Shown: positions 1 to 10,970, numbered from the stretch's first letter. The stretch: DNA of 64,000 nt from Promethearchaeota archaeon (GCA_019058365.1 JAHPZE010000019.1:14744-78743); one strand, 5' to 3'. The notes: generated from the sequence alone by a model not told the origin. Program-made: numbers and translations.

Positions 1-1203
1 CTCCTAAATGGTATTCCAACATCTATAAAAGATTTGGTGCCGCTTAAAGGAGTAAGAACCACATATGGTTCAAAAATTTATGAAAATCACATTCCTAAAG
101 AAGATGGGATTGTTGTATCTCGTTTAAAAGATGCTGGTTGTGTAATTTTAGGGAAAACCAATACACCGGAATTTGGTTTTAAAGGAGTTACTGATAATCT
201 TATTTTTGGAATGACACGAAATCCATGGGATCTTGAGAAGACGTCTGGAGGATCTAGCGGAGGTGCCGCAGCTTCAGTTGTTTGTGGATTGAGCCCGTTA
301 GCTCAAGGTTCAGATGGAGGAGGTTCTATTCGGCATCCTGCTTGCTTCTGTGGAGCTTATGGTCTTAAACCGAGCTTTGGGAGGGTTCCAATTTATCCAA
401 GAACCTTCCATAGCGGTCAAACATTATCTGTCATTGGTCCTATTGTTAGATATGTATCTGATGCAGCATTAATGTTAGATGCTATGAAAGGACCATTTGA
501 GGGAGATAGACATTCATTACCAGAAGAAAATGTAAATTATTTTAACCATATAAATGAGAAACCAGATAAAATTAAGATTGGTTATAGTTTAGATTTAGGT
601 TTTGCAAAGGTTGTTGATAATGATGTAGAAAAAACAGTAGTTAATGCAGTTCACAAGTTTGAATCATTTGGGTGGGAAGTAGAAGAAGCAAAATTTAAGG
701 TTTTAGATCCTTCAATGGCTTTCAGTACAATGTGGTTAATAACATTTGGATATGAATTAAAACCTTATTTGGAAAAATGGAAAGATAAGTTAGATCCAAG
801 CTTAGTAACATGGGTTGAGGCAGGATTACACTTTCCTGCTTCAAGTTTACCAGAAGCTATGAGAACTCGTAGTCTGTTTTATCAGGTGATATTTGAAACT
901 TTAAAAAAGTATGATATAATTCTTACACCTTCAACAGCAGTTCCAGCTTTTGAATTAGGAGTTCCTTATCCCTCACAAATAAATGGGATTGATGTATCGC
1001 CCACTTCGTGGCAAGCATTTACATTTCCCTTTAACTTTACAGGGCATCCTGCTGCTACTATTCCCTGTGGGTGGACAGATGATAACCTACCGGTGGGGTT
1101 ACAGATCGTTGGTAAAAGATTCCAAGAACTGCTAATTTTACAAGTTTCAAAAGCTTTTGAAGAAATAGCCCCATGGCAAGATAAAAAACCTAAATTAACT
1201 TAA
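1..1203 (+). CDS. Amidase signature family protein (5'-truncated by window edge)
   Basis: Frame is open from base 1 (LLNGIPTSIKDLVP). Motifs GKTNTPEF, SGGSSGG and GSDGGGSIR form the amidase signature. Confidence 0.93.
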   Translation, partial: LLNGIPTSIKDLVPLKGVRTTYGSKIYENHIPKEDGIVVSRLKDAGCVILGKTNTPEFGFKGVTDNLIFGMTRNPWDLEKTSGGSSGGAAASVVCGLSPLAQGSDGGGSIRHPACFCGAYGLKPSFGRVPIYPRTFHSGQTLSVIGPIVRYVSDAALMLDAMKGPFEGDRHSLPEENVNYFNHINEKPDKIKIGYSLDLGFAKVVDNDVEKTVVNAVHKFESFGWEVEEAKFKVLDPSMAFSTMWLITFGYELKPYLEKWKDKLDPSLVTWVEAGLHFPASSLPEAMRTRSLFYQVIFETLKKYDIILTPSTAVPAFELGVPYPSQINGIDVSPTSWQAFTFPFNFTGHPAATIPCGWTDDNLPVGLQIVGKRFQELLILQVSKAFEEIAPWQDKKPKLT

Positions 1204-1402
1204 TTTTTTAGTATTTTTTTTGACAAATTAGTATAGTATACTTTTTTAATTAACCTATATTTAATTTTACACGTCTATTTTAAGATTCTGCCCATCTATT
1301 TTTAGTTAAACTTCATAAAAACAATTTTTTTAAATTGTCTTTAATAATTCTAAGTATAACAATTATTTTAAAAGTTACAGCTAAAAATAAAAACAGAGGA
1401 AA

Positions 1403-1942
1403 TTGAGTGAAATGGCACGTCCATATCAAAAAGCTAACATTCCTGGCCCTGAGATGGGTACTTCTGTCTCAGATCCAACAGTAATGGCGAATCTACTAAA
1501 GTCCCCTAAGAAGAAGGTAATTATTATTGGCGCTGAATCTTTAAATTGGGAACTTGATAAGAAAAAGGTTGCAGACTACTTAATAAATATCGCAAACAAA
1601 ATCGATTGTCATGTAGTTAGCACTGGTCATACATATAGTTACTTAAAGGATAAAATCAGTAAAGGGAAACTATATGATATGTCATTGATTAATATTACAA
1701 ACAGATTATGTGATAAAAACTGGACTGGTTTTGATGGCGAAGGACAATATTCCATGGCAATTTTCGGTGGACACTTAGTATTTTATGTCTCCCAAGCACT
1801 ATCTAGAATCAAAAACTTTACAAACTGGGTAAAAACAATTGAATTGGATAAATATTCTCATCCAAATGCCAGATTTAGTTTACCAAATCTAAGCGATACT
1901 GAATGGAAATTATTTTTAGAAAGCTTGATTGAAAAATTATAA
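1403..1942 (+). CDS. cdhB: CO dehydrogenase/acetyl-CoA synthase (ACDS) epsilon subunit
   Basis: PYQKANIPGPE N-terminus, W.GFDGEGQY, and HPNARFSLPNL C-terminus; lies directly upstream of cdhC. TTG start follows GAGGA (ATG 1412 is an alternative). Confidence 0.88.
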   Translation: MSEMARPYQKANIPGPEMGTSVSDPTVMANLLKSPKKKVIIIGAESLNWELDKKKVADYLINIANKIDCHVVSTGHTYSYLKDKISKGKLYDMSLINITNRLCDKNWTGFDGEGQYSMAIFGGHLVFYVSQALSRIKNFTNWVKTIELDKYSHPNARFSLPNLSDTEWKLFLESLIEKL

Positions 1943-1979
1943 AAAAATATAAGTATAAAAATAAGAGGAGATTAATAAT

Positions 1980-3416
1980 ATGAGTTTTGCAGATATACCA
2001 GTAGATGTTGGTCCTGTTTACGAAGGAGAACGTATTAGAGGAAATCAAATGTATGTCGAGCTTGGTGGGCCAAAAATAGAGAGACACTTTGAGTTGGTAA
2101 GAGTTAAAAAAGATAAAGAAATTGAAGACGGAAAGGTAACTCTCATCGGTCCCGATATAAAAGACATGGAAGTAGGATCAAGACATCCTATAGGAATTTT
2201 AGTAGAAGTCTCTGGGCCTGAGCTGGAAGAAGATTTAGAAGCTGTTTTTGAAAGAAGAGTTCATGAGTTCTGCAATTTTGTAAATGGAATAATGCATTTA
2301 AACCAAAGATATACTAATTGGATGCGAATTTCTAAATCTGCTGTAGAAAAAGGATTTGATAACTTTAAAATGCTTGGAACTGTTTTAATTAGACTGTATA
2401 AAGCTGAACTTCCAATTATTAAAAAAGCTCAAGTTACATTCTATACAGATCCAGACAAAATCAAAGAACCGTATGATTTTGCTTTAGAGATTTATAATAA
2501 AAGAGATGAAAGAGCCCGTAGTATTAATGATGAAGATGTAGATATGTTTTATGGCTGTGTTCTTTGCCAATCATTCGCACCAACTCATGCATGCTGTATA
2601 ACACCAAATCGAATGAGTTTATGCGGTTCTATCTCTTGGTTTGATGCAAGAGCAGCAGCTAGAGTTGATCCAAAAGGTCCTCTCTTCGAAATTCCCCCGG
2701 GTGAATGCTATAACGAATTAGCAGGTGAATTTGAAGGCGTAAACGCAATGATAAAAAAACGTTCGCTTGGAGAAATCGATAGAATTTACTTATATAGTGG
2801 AATGGAATTCCCACATACTTCATGTGGTTGTTTTGAAGCAATAGATTTTTTTATTCCCGAAACAGGAGCGGGTCACGGTATTATCGATAGAAGTCATGAT
2901 GGTGTAGCAATAAATGGATTACCCTTCTCAGCTATGGCGAACCAGACAGGTGGGGGAAAGCAAATGCCCGGTTTTAACGGAATAAGCATACAATATATTA
3001 TATCGCCCAAATATCAAAAATATGATGGAATTAAAGCAGGTTTGGAGGGAGGAATTTACACTATCGTATGGATGGGTAAAAATGTCAAAGATCGAGTTTA
3101 TGAATTCCTTCCAGAAGATTTAAGGGATAAAATTGCCACTGAAGAAGAGGTTGATGAGTTAAGTAAGCTACCAGCATGGTTGGAAAAAGTAGGGCATCCA
3201 ATTATAAATACTGAAGACTATAAAGCGGTTATGGGTGGTGTAGAAGAGGAAGAAGAATGGGAAGAAGAAGGTGCGATGGTTCCAATGGGCACAATTGGAA
3301 TGACTATCCCTGGTGTTGGTGGCAGTGGTGGATTTAAAGTTATATTAAAGAACTGTAAAATTCACGCAGAATCGATTATCATTAAAAGGATTGAGTCTAA
3401 ACATAAAAAGAAATAA
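1980..3416 (+). CDS. cdhC: ACDS beta subunit (acetyl-CoA synthase)
   Basis: PVDVGPVYEGERIR start, A-cluster ligands GCVLCQSFAPTH and HTSCGCFE, acidic linker and C-terminal tail; AGGAG RBS. Confidence 0.97.
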   Translation: MSFADIPVDVGPVYEGERIRGNQMYVELGGPKIERHFELVRVKKDKEIEDGKVTLIGPDIKDMEVGSRHPIGILVEVSGPELEEDLEAVFERRVHEFCNFVNGIMHLNQRYTNWMRISKSAVEKGFDNFKMLGTVLIRLYKAELPIIKKAQVTFYTDPDKIKEPYDFALEIYNKRDERARSINDEDVDMFYGCVLCQSFAPTHACCITPNRMSLCGSISWFDARAAARVDPKGPLFEIPPGECYNELAGEFEGVNAMIKKRSLGEIDRIYLYSGMEFPHTSCGCFEAIDFFIPETGAGHGIIDRSHDGVAINGLPFSAMANQTGGGKQMPGFNGISIQYIISPKYQKYDGIKAGLEGGIYTIVWMGKNVKDRVYEFLPEDLRDKIATEEEVDELSKLPAWLEKVGHPIINTEDYKAVMGGVEEEEEWEEEGAMVPMGTIGMTIPGVGGSGGFKVILKNCKIHAESIIIKRIESKHKKK

Positions 3417-3611
3417 AATTTTTTATAAAATTTTTTTTATTTGATTTTTTTTTTGTAGTTTTTTTATAATTAGTATTTTTGGATACAATTATTTGAATAC
3501 TCTAGTTTCTTCGACATAATTATTTTTTCATATTAAAATTGTACTATCGCGACGGAATATCTTCATAAATGAGCATATTTAAATAGGAAAATTACGTCGT
3601 ATATTAATGGT

Positions 3612-3625
3612 ATTCTTATAAGAAT
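3612..3625. promoter_or_regulatory. Perfect 14-bp palindrome ATTCTTATAAGAAT overlapping a TATA-like element
   Basis: Seen directly, 44 bp upstream of ATG 3669; function inferred only. Confidence 0.3.
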
Positions 3626-3668
3626 TTATTGTATTAGCGATTTGGTTTAGTTTCCATCATAATTCATT

Positions 3669-4124
3669 ATGTTGATTCGAGAAGCTGGTATACTCTTCAA
3701 TGGAATTCCCATTATATTCACTAGCTATCATAGAGCTAGTAAGGAAAGAACAAATCTAGTATGTTCAAGTGGATTAATGAGCGGGCTATTAAGTTTTGCT
3801 GAATGCTTGATGGAGCCAGTAGAATATTTTGAAAGTGATAAATATTCAATAGTTTTTAAAAAGGGAACAATAAATGACTTGTTTCGCGATATTCAAGAAA
3901 TTGTTGCCTTCATGGTTATAGACAAGGATCCAAGACTTGAAAAATATTTAAAGAAAACCATTCAACCTTTATTAAATAAATTATTAAAAAGTTTTGTTTC
4001 TCAATTTAACGGCTGTAATCTTACAAAAGTTGGACAATTTGAGCGTTTTAAAGAAACCCTTAATAAAATCTTTGGAACGGGCACCCAAACTTTAGAAGAA
4101 AGAGTAGTCTCTTTACTTGCTTAA
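3669..4124 (+). CDS. Small longin/profilin-fold-like protein (Asgard-type)
   Basis: Pattern of beta-beta(NGIPI), helix (SGLMSGLLSFAE), three beta strands and a helix (LLNKLLKSFVSQF) resembles longin domains. Confidence 0.55.
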   Translation: MLIREAGILFNGIPIIFTSYHRASKERTNLVCSSGLMSGLLSFAECLMEPVEYFESDKYSIVFKKGTINDLFRDIQEIVAFMVIDKDPRLEKYLKKTIQPLLNKLLKSFVSQFNGCNLTKVGQFERFKETLNKIFGTGTQTLEERVVSLLA

Positions 4125-4158
4125 TTAAATTATGTAAAAATTTTCAGATTAAACATTT

Positions 4159-5253
4159 TCAAACGTTGAATAATTTATTAACTTCCTTAAGTAGAGGTTT
4201 ATTTAATTCAAGACAATCTAGTTTTAGTGGTTTTCGATGATTGTTTGGATAATAAGCTAGAATAATTGAATCATATAATGTCCAATTTATGTTATTGAAC
4301 CCAATATCATAACCTACTATTTTAAATCCTTTTTCTAAGGCAAGATACATTGAAGAAATTCCATTTTGGGTAGTTGGAATTCTCCATAGAATTATTCTCC
4401 ATTCTTGATAGGTTTTAAGTAAACTTCTTAACGCTTTTTGTTTAATATATCCATATAATTTCACAATTCCCATATAATGATCTTTGGAAACACCGTAAAG
4501 CTCATAATTCTTAGCTTTCTTACCATCTTCCAAAATTAAGATATCCTCTTGCATTTTCTTATAGATTTTTTTAATATACTCATAGAAAAAAATGATATCT
4601 TCATTATTTATCAAAAAGACTTTTTTATCTCTATTACGCCATAAATTTTTACACAAAATAGAATAAAGAAAAACAGATTCTTCTCTTTGTGGAGGAAATG
4701 GTTTGTTATTTTCAATACTAAAGTTCCTTCTGTCTCCAAAATTGGCATAAGCGGGGATTAAACTATAAGGGAGAGCTCCTGCTAATTGAGCAAGTTTTTG
4801 AGCTCCGATTTCCTGAGCTCTTATTTCAAAATCAAGTCTTAAAATATTTTTAAATTGAGGCATTTTTGTTACTGTTATGATACCTGCCGCTCCTATTTTA
4901 GATGTAATTCCTTGACCTTGATACTTTTTTTTTGTAACAGCTTTACTAGCTTGAGCAATATATCTTTCAACTTCTAATAATCCAGCGCCAGCAATTTCAT
5001 TGGTTTTTAACGATTCCCCTACAAACCAAAAATTATTTTCTTTTTTCAATTCTTTTTTTAAAAGTTCAATATCATAAACTAAAGGATTTACATACTCATA
5101 ACCATAAATTTCTTTAAATATGGAAGAAATGGCTTCAGCATCATTAACATTTCCAAATCTTAGTCCATATTCACTTCCATCTTTAGCAAGAAATTTCTGA
5201 AAATAAATATCCTCATCGTTGTCGATCTGATGTTTTTTTATAATAGTTTGCAT
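4159..5253 (-). CDS. GNAT-family acetyltransferase-like protein
   Basis: N-terminal LRFGNVNDAEAIS and acetyl-CoA-binding motif VTKKKYQGQGI. Confidence 0.7.
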   Translation of the reverse strand: MQTIIKKHQIDNDEDIYFQKFLAKDGSEYGLRFGNVNDAEAISSIFKEIYGYEYVNPLVYDIELLKKELKKENNFWFVGESLKTNEIAGAGLLEVERYIAQASKAVTKKKYQGQGITSKIGAAGIITVTKMPQFKNILRLDFEIRAQEIGAQKLAQLAGALPYSLIPAYANFGDRRNFSIENNKPFPPQREESVFLYSILCKNLWRNRDKKVFLINNEDIIFFYEYIKKIYKKMQEDILILEDGKKAKNYELYGVSKDHYMGIVKLYGYIKQKALRSLLKTYQEWRIILWRIPTTQNGISSMYLALEKGFKIVGYDIGFNNINWTLYDSIILAYYPNNHRKPLKLDCLELNKPLLKEVNKLFNV

Positions 5254-5433
5254 GAAATTCTTCAGCTTTAGGAATTGTTAATTATTACTTATTAAAAGGA
5301 CTTATAAGCTTTTCTATTTTTTCATATGAAAAAAATGAAATTACAATAATAAGCAAGTATAAAAGAAAAAAGGATTATGAAAAGATATAACCATGTTTAT
5401 TATTTCATTAAGAATATCCATTGGTTAACTTGG

Positions 5434-6141
5434 TTATGGTTTTAATTTGAAACCAATTCCATAATACATTAAATAACCCCAAATAATTATAGAAATACCA
5501 TAAATACTTAGAATTAATCTAAAAGTAGGATTATTTAATAAATTATTAATGAAGGCCATATATCCAATACTAATAGCTCCTAAAGACCCTAAAAAGTAGT
5601 AAGACCATTTTTTTTTTAAAGTTTTAGTTTCAAAACTGAAATAGATTTTTAATGCAGTATAAAAAAAAGGCAATACTGCAAAACTTGTTGAGATAATAAC
5701 TACATACCAGAAAAAGATTGGTTTCCATGCTGGATATCCCCTATCAAAGTTTACACCGTCAAAAAATACGAAAATTATCAGCATCCCAATGAAAGCTATA
5801 ATTCCATAGATTAAGATAAACCTATTTTGTCTTTTTACAGAAAATATTAGAGTTGATTCTAATATTATCATATTTACCATAAAAATAAAGACTGGTCCAA
5901 AACATAATAAAAAATTAGTTAAAAAGTTTAAAATTAAAACTGTTGTTTTTTCAGATATAATAGCGTAAATCATATTCAAAATATTTGCAATACTAATGCT
6001 TATAAAAAATGCACTGAGAACAATATTTAACCGTTGTCGCTTTCTTCTTAATATCTGAAATGCTATCAATGAAAAATAAATAACAAAAATTCCTTCCATT
6101 ACATAAACTAATATAATTCTTTGTAAATCAATCTGAAGCAA
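5434..6141 (-). CDS. Polytopic (~7 TM) membrane protein of unknown function
   Basis: About seven hydrophobic segments and no soluble domain; TTG start behind GGTGG. Confidence 0.75.
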   Translation of the reverse strand: MLQIDLQRIILVYVMEGIFVIYFSLIAFQILRRKRQRLNIVLSAFFISISIANILNMIYAIISEKTTVLILNFLTNFLLCFGPVFIFMVNMIILESTLIFSVKRQNRFILIYGIIAFIGMLIIFVFFDGVNFDRGYPAWKPIFFWYVVIISTSFAVLPFFYTALKIYFSFETKTLKKKWSYYFLGSLGAISIGYMAFINNLLNNPTFRLILSIYGISIIIWGYLMYYGIGFKLKP

Positions 6142-6275
6142 TGTGATTTTTTTCCACCAAAAAAAAGAATTAATTAATTTTTTATTGGTATAAATAGTAT
6201 TAATAATTATTGCTAGAATTGATAATATAGTCTAAATTAAATATAAAAAACATAATATTAATTTTAGAAAGATGG

Positions 6276-6845
6276 TTAACTTAATTCTTTAAGGCGGTTT
6301 ATTATATTCCATTCTTTTATGAGTTTTCTCACACTCTTAGGTACGAACTGTTCCCATTGTAAATCGTTAATCATGGCTTCACGAATATCGCTTGAGCTAA
6401 GCCCTTTATTCTCAAGCGAGACCTCCCATAAAACATGGATTTTTAATTTTAAAGATTCAAGAAACTTCTTTTTTTGTTTACCCCAATCATCGTATATTGT
6501 TAGAAAGAAAACGGCATCGATTGGGACATAATATTTGATTAATTCAGGAATATTAATAGGAAAGGGAACAATAGAAAACTCTGAATATATTAAACCTTGT
6601 TCTAATAATGCAACGCGTAACATTACATAGCGCTCATAGTAAGTTAAGGGATTTGCAAGGGATGTACTTCTATGAGGATTTGCTTCTGAATCTCTTGTCA
6701 GAAAAGGATCTGGATTTGTAATACCTACGATAAGATGATTACATAGCTGTTTACCCGCTAAGAGATACTTTATATGATCATTATGTAGAACTTGGAATCT
6801 ACCATGAATCACACCTACATCATAATTTGGTTTTAATCTATTCAT
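6276..6845 (-). CDS. Nicotinamide/nicotinate-nucleotide adenylyltransferase-like (HxGH nucleotidyltransferase)
   Basis: GVIHGRFQVLHNDH (variant HxGH), NPLTYYER, LSSSDIR and W..FVPKSV. Confidence 0.85.
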   Translation of the reverse strand: MNRLKPNYDVGVIHGRFQVLHNDHIKYLLAGKQLCNHLIVGITNPDPFLTRDSEANPHRSTSLANPLTYYERYVMLRVALLEQGLIYSEFSIVPFPINIPELIKYYVPIDAVFFLTIYDDWGKQKKKFLESLKLKIHVLWEVSLENKGLSSSDIREAMINDLQWEQFVPKSVRKLIKEWNIINRLKELS

Positions 6846-6985
6846 TTTTGCTTAAAGTTATTTATGCTTTAAAGTAAGTCGAATAATTCAAAAAAGATTA
6901 ATAATTTTATTTTATAACCAACTTTTTTCTACAGATATGCAATTTAAAGAAGATAACGAATGGAACGGTTTAATATTTACCTTCA

Positions 6986-8428
6986 TTAATTTTCTTTCTT
7001 TTGTGTCAAAAAAGGTGGGATAAACCCTTCTGGAAATGGTGAGATATAAGGATTATCTTTAGTTTTTTCTTCAAATTCGCGTTTTGCCTTAATAATTATT
7101 TCAGGATTGTTCATAAGTTCTATAGCAGATAACGCTAATATTTTTGCTGCCATTAGCATTCCTTTATGACCTATACTCATACCAGACGTGCATACATTTT
7201 GCCAAGAATGTCCTGGAGACCCCATAATTTGACAAGTTGTAGCAATTTCACCTAAAGGTGTAACTCTTGAGACATCAGAGACATCTGAAGAACCTGGCAC
7301 AATTTTTCCTTTTCCAATTCCGGGAAGTATCATCCGATTTAATGGTTGTTCAAGAATTTGCTTAGCCATATCACGTAAATTAGGAGGAATAAAGCGAGAA
7401 AAGGCTTCCATTGAACCGGGTGGCAAAGTTTTTTTGAGTTTTTCTGCAAATTCCCGATCTTCTTTATTAAACCTAGGGGCCCCCACCAATCTCATTTTAG
7501 AAAGAAGAACATTCCCAATTACATCATTATGTAAAGGATTATACATTCCCCCTAAAAAATTTATTACCATTTTAGTTTCTGTCATCAATGCTGCCCCTTC
7601 AGCTATTTTAATAACACGTTTATAAAGTTCCTCCACTGAAGAACGCTCAGGAGCTCTAATAAAGTAATATACTTCAGCTTTATCTGGAACAACATTAGGT
7701 GCCTCTCCACCATTTGTAATTACATAATGGATCCTAGCATCAGGAATAATGTGTTCTCTCAAATAATTCACTCCTACATTCATTAATTCTACAGCATCTA
7801 ATGCACTTCGTCCATTCTGTGGATCAAAAGCAGCATGAGCAGTACGACCAAGAAATCTGAATTTTACAGAATTAATCGCTAATAATGAAACATCATTTAT
7901 TGCATTCATAAAAGCAGGATGCCATGATAAAGTAATATCGACATCTTTAAATGCCCCTGCATTAATCATATAGCCCTTACTATTGAATTTTTCCTCAGCA
8001 GGGCAACCGTAATATCTTATTGTACCATTAGCATCTCCTGAAAGAATAGCTTCTTTGACCGCAAGAACAGCTCCTAGTGCCCCTGTACCTAATAAATTGT
8101 GTCCACAGCCATGACCTGATGCTCCTTCTTTTAGAGGTCTTTTTATTGGTTCACTAATTTGACTTAAACCGGGTAATGCGTCATATTCACCTAATATAGC
8201 AATTACAGGTTTATTATTACCATAACTAGCATAAAATGCTGTTGGTATGCCTGCAACATTTTTTTCAACGAAAAATTCAGCCTTCTCTAATGTTTCTGCT
8301 AATAGAGTTGATGATTTATACTCTTCAAAGCCAACTTCTGCAAATTCCCATATTTTATCACTGATTTCAATTAATTCTTGTTGATTTTCGTCAATCCAAT
8401 TCGCATATTTTTTAGACATAATAACCAA
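6986..8428 (-). CDS. M20 family amidohydrolase (AbgB-like)
   Basis: LGEYDALPG, GHGCGHNLLG, GCPAEE, GRSALDA, GSSDVSDVS and PGHSWQ motifs. Confidence 0.92.
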   Translation of the reverse strand: MVIMSKKYANWIDENQQELIEISDKIWEFAEVGFEEYKSSTLLAETLEKAEFFVEKNVAGIPTAFYASYGNNKPVIAILGEYDALPGLSQISEPIKRPLKEGASGHGCGHNLLGTGALGAVLAVKEAILSGDANGTIRYYGCPAEEKFNSKGYMINAGAFKDVDITLSWHPAFMNAINDVSLLAINSVKFRFLGRTAHAAFDPQNGRSALDAVELMNVGVNYLREHIIPDARIHYVITNGGEAPNVVPDKAEVYYFIRAPERSSVEELYKRVIKIAEGAALMTETKMVINFLGGMYNPLHNDVIGNVLLSKMRLVGAPRFNKEDREFAEKLKKTLPPGSMEAFSRFIPPNLRDMAKQILEQPLNRMILPGIGKGKIVPGSSDVSDVSRVTPLGEIATTCQIMGSPGHSWQNVCTSGMSIGHKGMLMAAKILALSAIELMNNPEIIIKAKREFEEKTKDNPYISPFPEGFIPPFLTQKKEN

Positions 8429-8653
8429 TTTTTATATCATCTAACAATTTTTAAAAGTTAAATTAACTATAGATTAGTTCTATTTATTTATTTTCCAGTT
8501 GATTCAAGTACTAATAAATTTAAAAAAACTTACATAGTGAGACTAATGGTGTCTTAAAGGGGATTCTATATCTTGCTTTTAGGTTTTTTAAATAAATGAT
8601 TTTCTTTTATATTAATTTAATGTTTATTAGTAAGTTTATTAAAAATAGTAATC

Positions 8654-10288
8654 ATGAAGATTCGATCTTTAATAAAAAAAAATAAATTTTTCACGATTTT
8701 TTCTGTTGTTTTCCTGATATGGATCATTTTCCTTGTTATATTATCTATTATTGGACGAAGAACTGTAATATTCTTTGATGCTCTTGGACAAGTAAATGTT
8801 TCATCTGAGTTTACAAGCAAACTTCCGCTACAAAGATATTTTGTGGAGCCTTTTATGGTTATAGGTAATATTTTAGAGTATGAGTTTACATGGATGTTTC
8901 TCTTTTTAATATTTTATCCTATTTTAAGAGGAGTTTATTTATATTTAAAGAAAAAAGGGATGTTTAGCTCAAATAAATATAGATACATCTCTTACCCTAT
9001 AGTTGATGTTATTTACTTTTGTTTTAAAGTTTTAACCTTAACTATTTTGATAGTTGCAATTTATATTCTTATAGGGTATTTAATCCAAGGTTATTTCTTT
9101 GTAAGCAGATATTTTATGATTCCAATCCAATTAGCTGTTCACGTAAGTATGATTCTTATTTTCTTAAAAATTAGTTTTGTAATACTCAGATTGTTTCATC
9201 CGAAACTAAAACTTAACTTATCTAAGAAATTTTTAGAAAAAAGAACTCAAAGGAAGGCAAAAATTCAGGTTATAAAACAAGAAGCTGTTTTTTACATTGG
9301 AATAGGTGTGCTATTACTCGGTGCTAATATTGTGTTAATTTCTACCCCCTTTACACCTCAAGAAATAGTCCCTACAGTACCACTCGAGGAGGATGAATTT
9401 TTATTTGATTTTCATGTTCATACCATCTTTAGTGATGGCTGGTTTTCTGTCGAAGAAAGGATTAACTGGTATATACAACAAGGTATATCGGGAGCAGCTT
9501 TTTCTGACCATGACAATATAAGAGGGGCTACAATGGCTCAAAAATATGTTAAGGAACACAATCTGGATTTTATTGTGTTCATGGCAGAAGAATGGACACA
9601 AAATGCCGAAAATCCAGGAGAAATCCATATGAATTATTTTGGATTAGCAGAAGAAATTGTACCATTAGAATCTTATTCTCCCTGTGGTCCATTGGCGATG
9701 AACGCTTCTGATACAATAAGTTATGTGAAAGCGAACGGGGGGTATATTACAGTCAACCATTATAATTATGATCCAAATCCAAATGGTGGTTTTGGTGTTC
9801 CTTATAGTTTGGATCAATTAAGGGATTGGGGCGTAGATGGTTTTGAAATTGTTAATAGTGGTAATTATGGGAAATATCAACAAATAAGGAATTATTCAAT
9901 AACTAATAACTTAACATGCATAGGAGGTTCGGATATTCATACAAATGAAGATTTAAATACTTTTATAAAATTGAAACTAGACGACCCTACAAATCTCACT
10001 ATTGCAAACATCTTTGAAACTTTAAGAGATAATACACATGAAGTAGTTGCGATTAGGTTTTATCCAAAAGTAGTAGATTTTCCCAGTGATTTGAATGATT
10101 TTGGATTTTATGTTTTAGAAGATTTTATAAATTATATCTTAAATATGGATATTGGTCAGACTTTATCTTGGATAATCTGGTCAGGTTTAATATATGCATT
10201 ATTCTTTCTGGTATACCGAAAAATAAAACATACTAATTTGAGGTTTTTAAAAGATAAAATCTATAAAAAGTGCAATAACTCAAATTAA
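8654..10288 (+). CDS. Membrane-anchored PHP-family phosphoesterase
   Basis: About 5 N-terminal TMs, PHP motifs DFHVHTIFSDG, SDHDN, EE, NH and GGSDIH, and a C-terminal TM. Confidence 0.85.
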   Translation: MKIRSLIKKNKFFTIFSVVFLIWIIFLVILSIIGRRTVIFFDALGQVNVSSEFTSKLPLQRYFVEPFMVIGNILEYEFTWMFLFLIFYPILRGVYLYLKKKGMFSSNKYRYISYPIVDVIYFCFKVLTLTILIVAIYILIGYLIQGYFFVSRYFMIPIQLAVHVSMILIFLKISFVILRLFHPKLKLNLSKKFLEKRTQRKAKIQVIKQEAVFYIGIGVLLLGANIVLISTPFTPQEIVPTVPLEEDEFLFDFHVHTIFSDGWFSVEERINWYIQQGISGAAFSDHDNIRGATMAQKYVKEHNLDFIVFMAEEWTQNAENPGEIHMNYFGLAEEIVPLESYSPCGPLAMNASDTISYVKANGGYITVNHYNYDPNPNGGFGVPYSLDQLRDWGVDGFEIVNSGNYGKYQQIRNYSITNNLTCIGGSDIHTNEDLNTFIKLKLDDPTNLTIANIFETLRDNTHEVVAIRFYPKVVDFPSDLNDFGFYVLEDFINYILNMDIGQTLSWIIWSGLIYALFFLVYRKIKHTNLRFLKDKIYKKCNNSN

Positions 10289-10292
10289 GAAT

Positions 10293-10751
10293 TCAAATAT
10301 AATAACCCGTATTATCTTCCTTGTAGTTATCTTTGTCATCATCATTGTCATCATCATCTTCTCCAAGGAGTTTTTTATAGAAGTATTTCAGCATATCTTC
10401 GGGATCTCCTTTAAAATCTTTAAGATCTCGAGGATCAATTCTTATAATACCACCTCTTTTAAATGGCATTACTTTATCACGAAGGTCTTTTTCAATTTTT
10501 TCTTGTCTTCTTGCATTTAGAAGTAATTCCTTCTTCATCAGTTCTTTTAATTCATTTACCACAAGATTATCTAAATAGCTTGGTTCAAAGTCCATAAGTG
10601 CTCCTGGGCTATAAAATTTTGTAATCCTTTTAATTGCCTTATCCCTTTTGTATTCTGGAATCTGGCTAATACTATCAAGGTTTAGTAATGATAAAATGTT
10701 TAACCAATCGAGTTTTATTGTCCAGCCGTATTCTTTATTGTCTTCTTCCAT
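10293..10751 (-). CDS. Hypothetical protein with acidic C-terminus
   Basis: 152-aa ATG ORF filling the intergenic space, protein-like composition. Confidence 0.75.
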   Translation of the reverse strand: MEEDNKEYGWTIKLDWLNILSLLNLDSISQIPEYKRDKAIKRITKFYSPGALMDFEPSYLDNLVVNELKELMKKELLLNARRQEKIEKDLRDKVMPFKRGGIIRIDPRDLKDFKGDPEDMLKYFYKKLLGEDDDDNDDDKDNYKEDNTGYYI

Positions 10752-10970
10752 TTTTTTTAATTTTTTTTATCTAATTCATAAAATCTAAGAAATGAAATAA
10801 AGTTTTTCACACATTTTTATATTGTAACCAATAAATGAACCTTATAAATTTATTTATTTTATTCTATAATATTCAGAATAATGTAATAATCTTAAATTTT
10901 TTGCCAACTTAAAAAACTTTTGCATTAAAATTAGTTTACAATAAGATATAAAGGAATTACTTTGAAGGAA

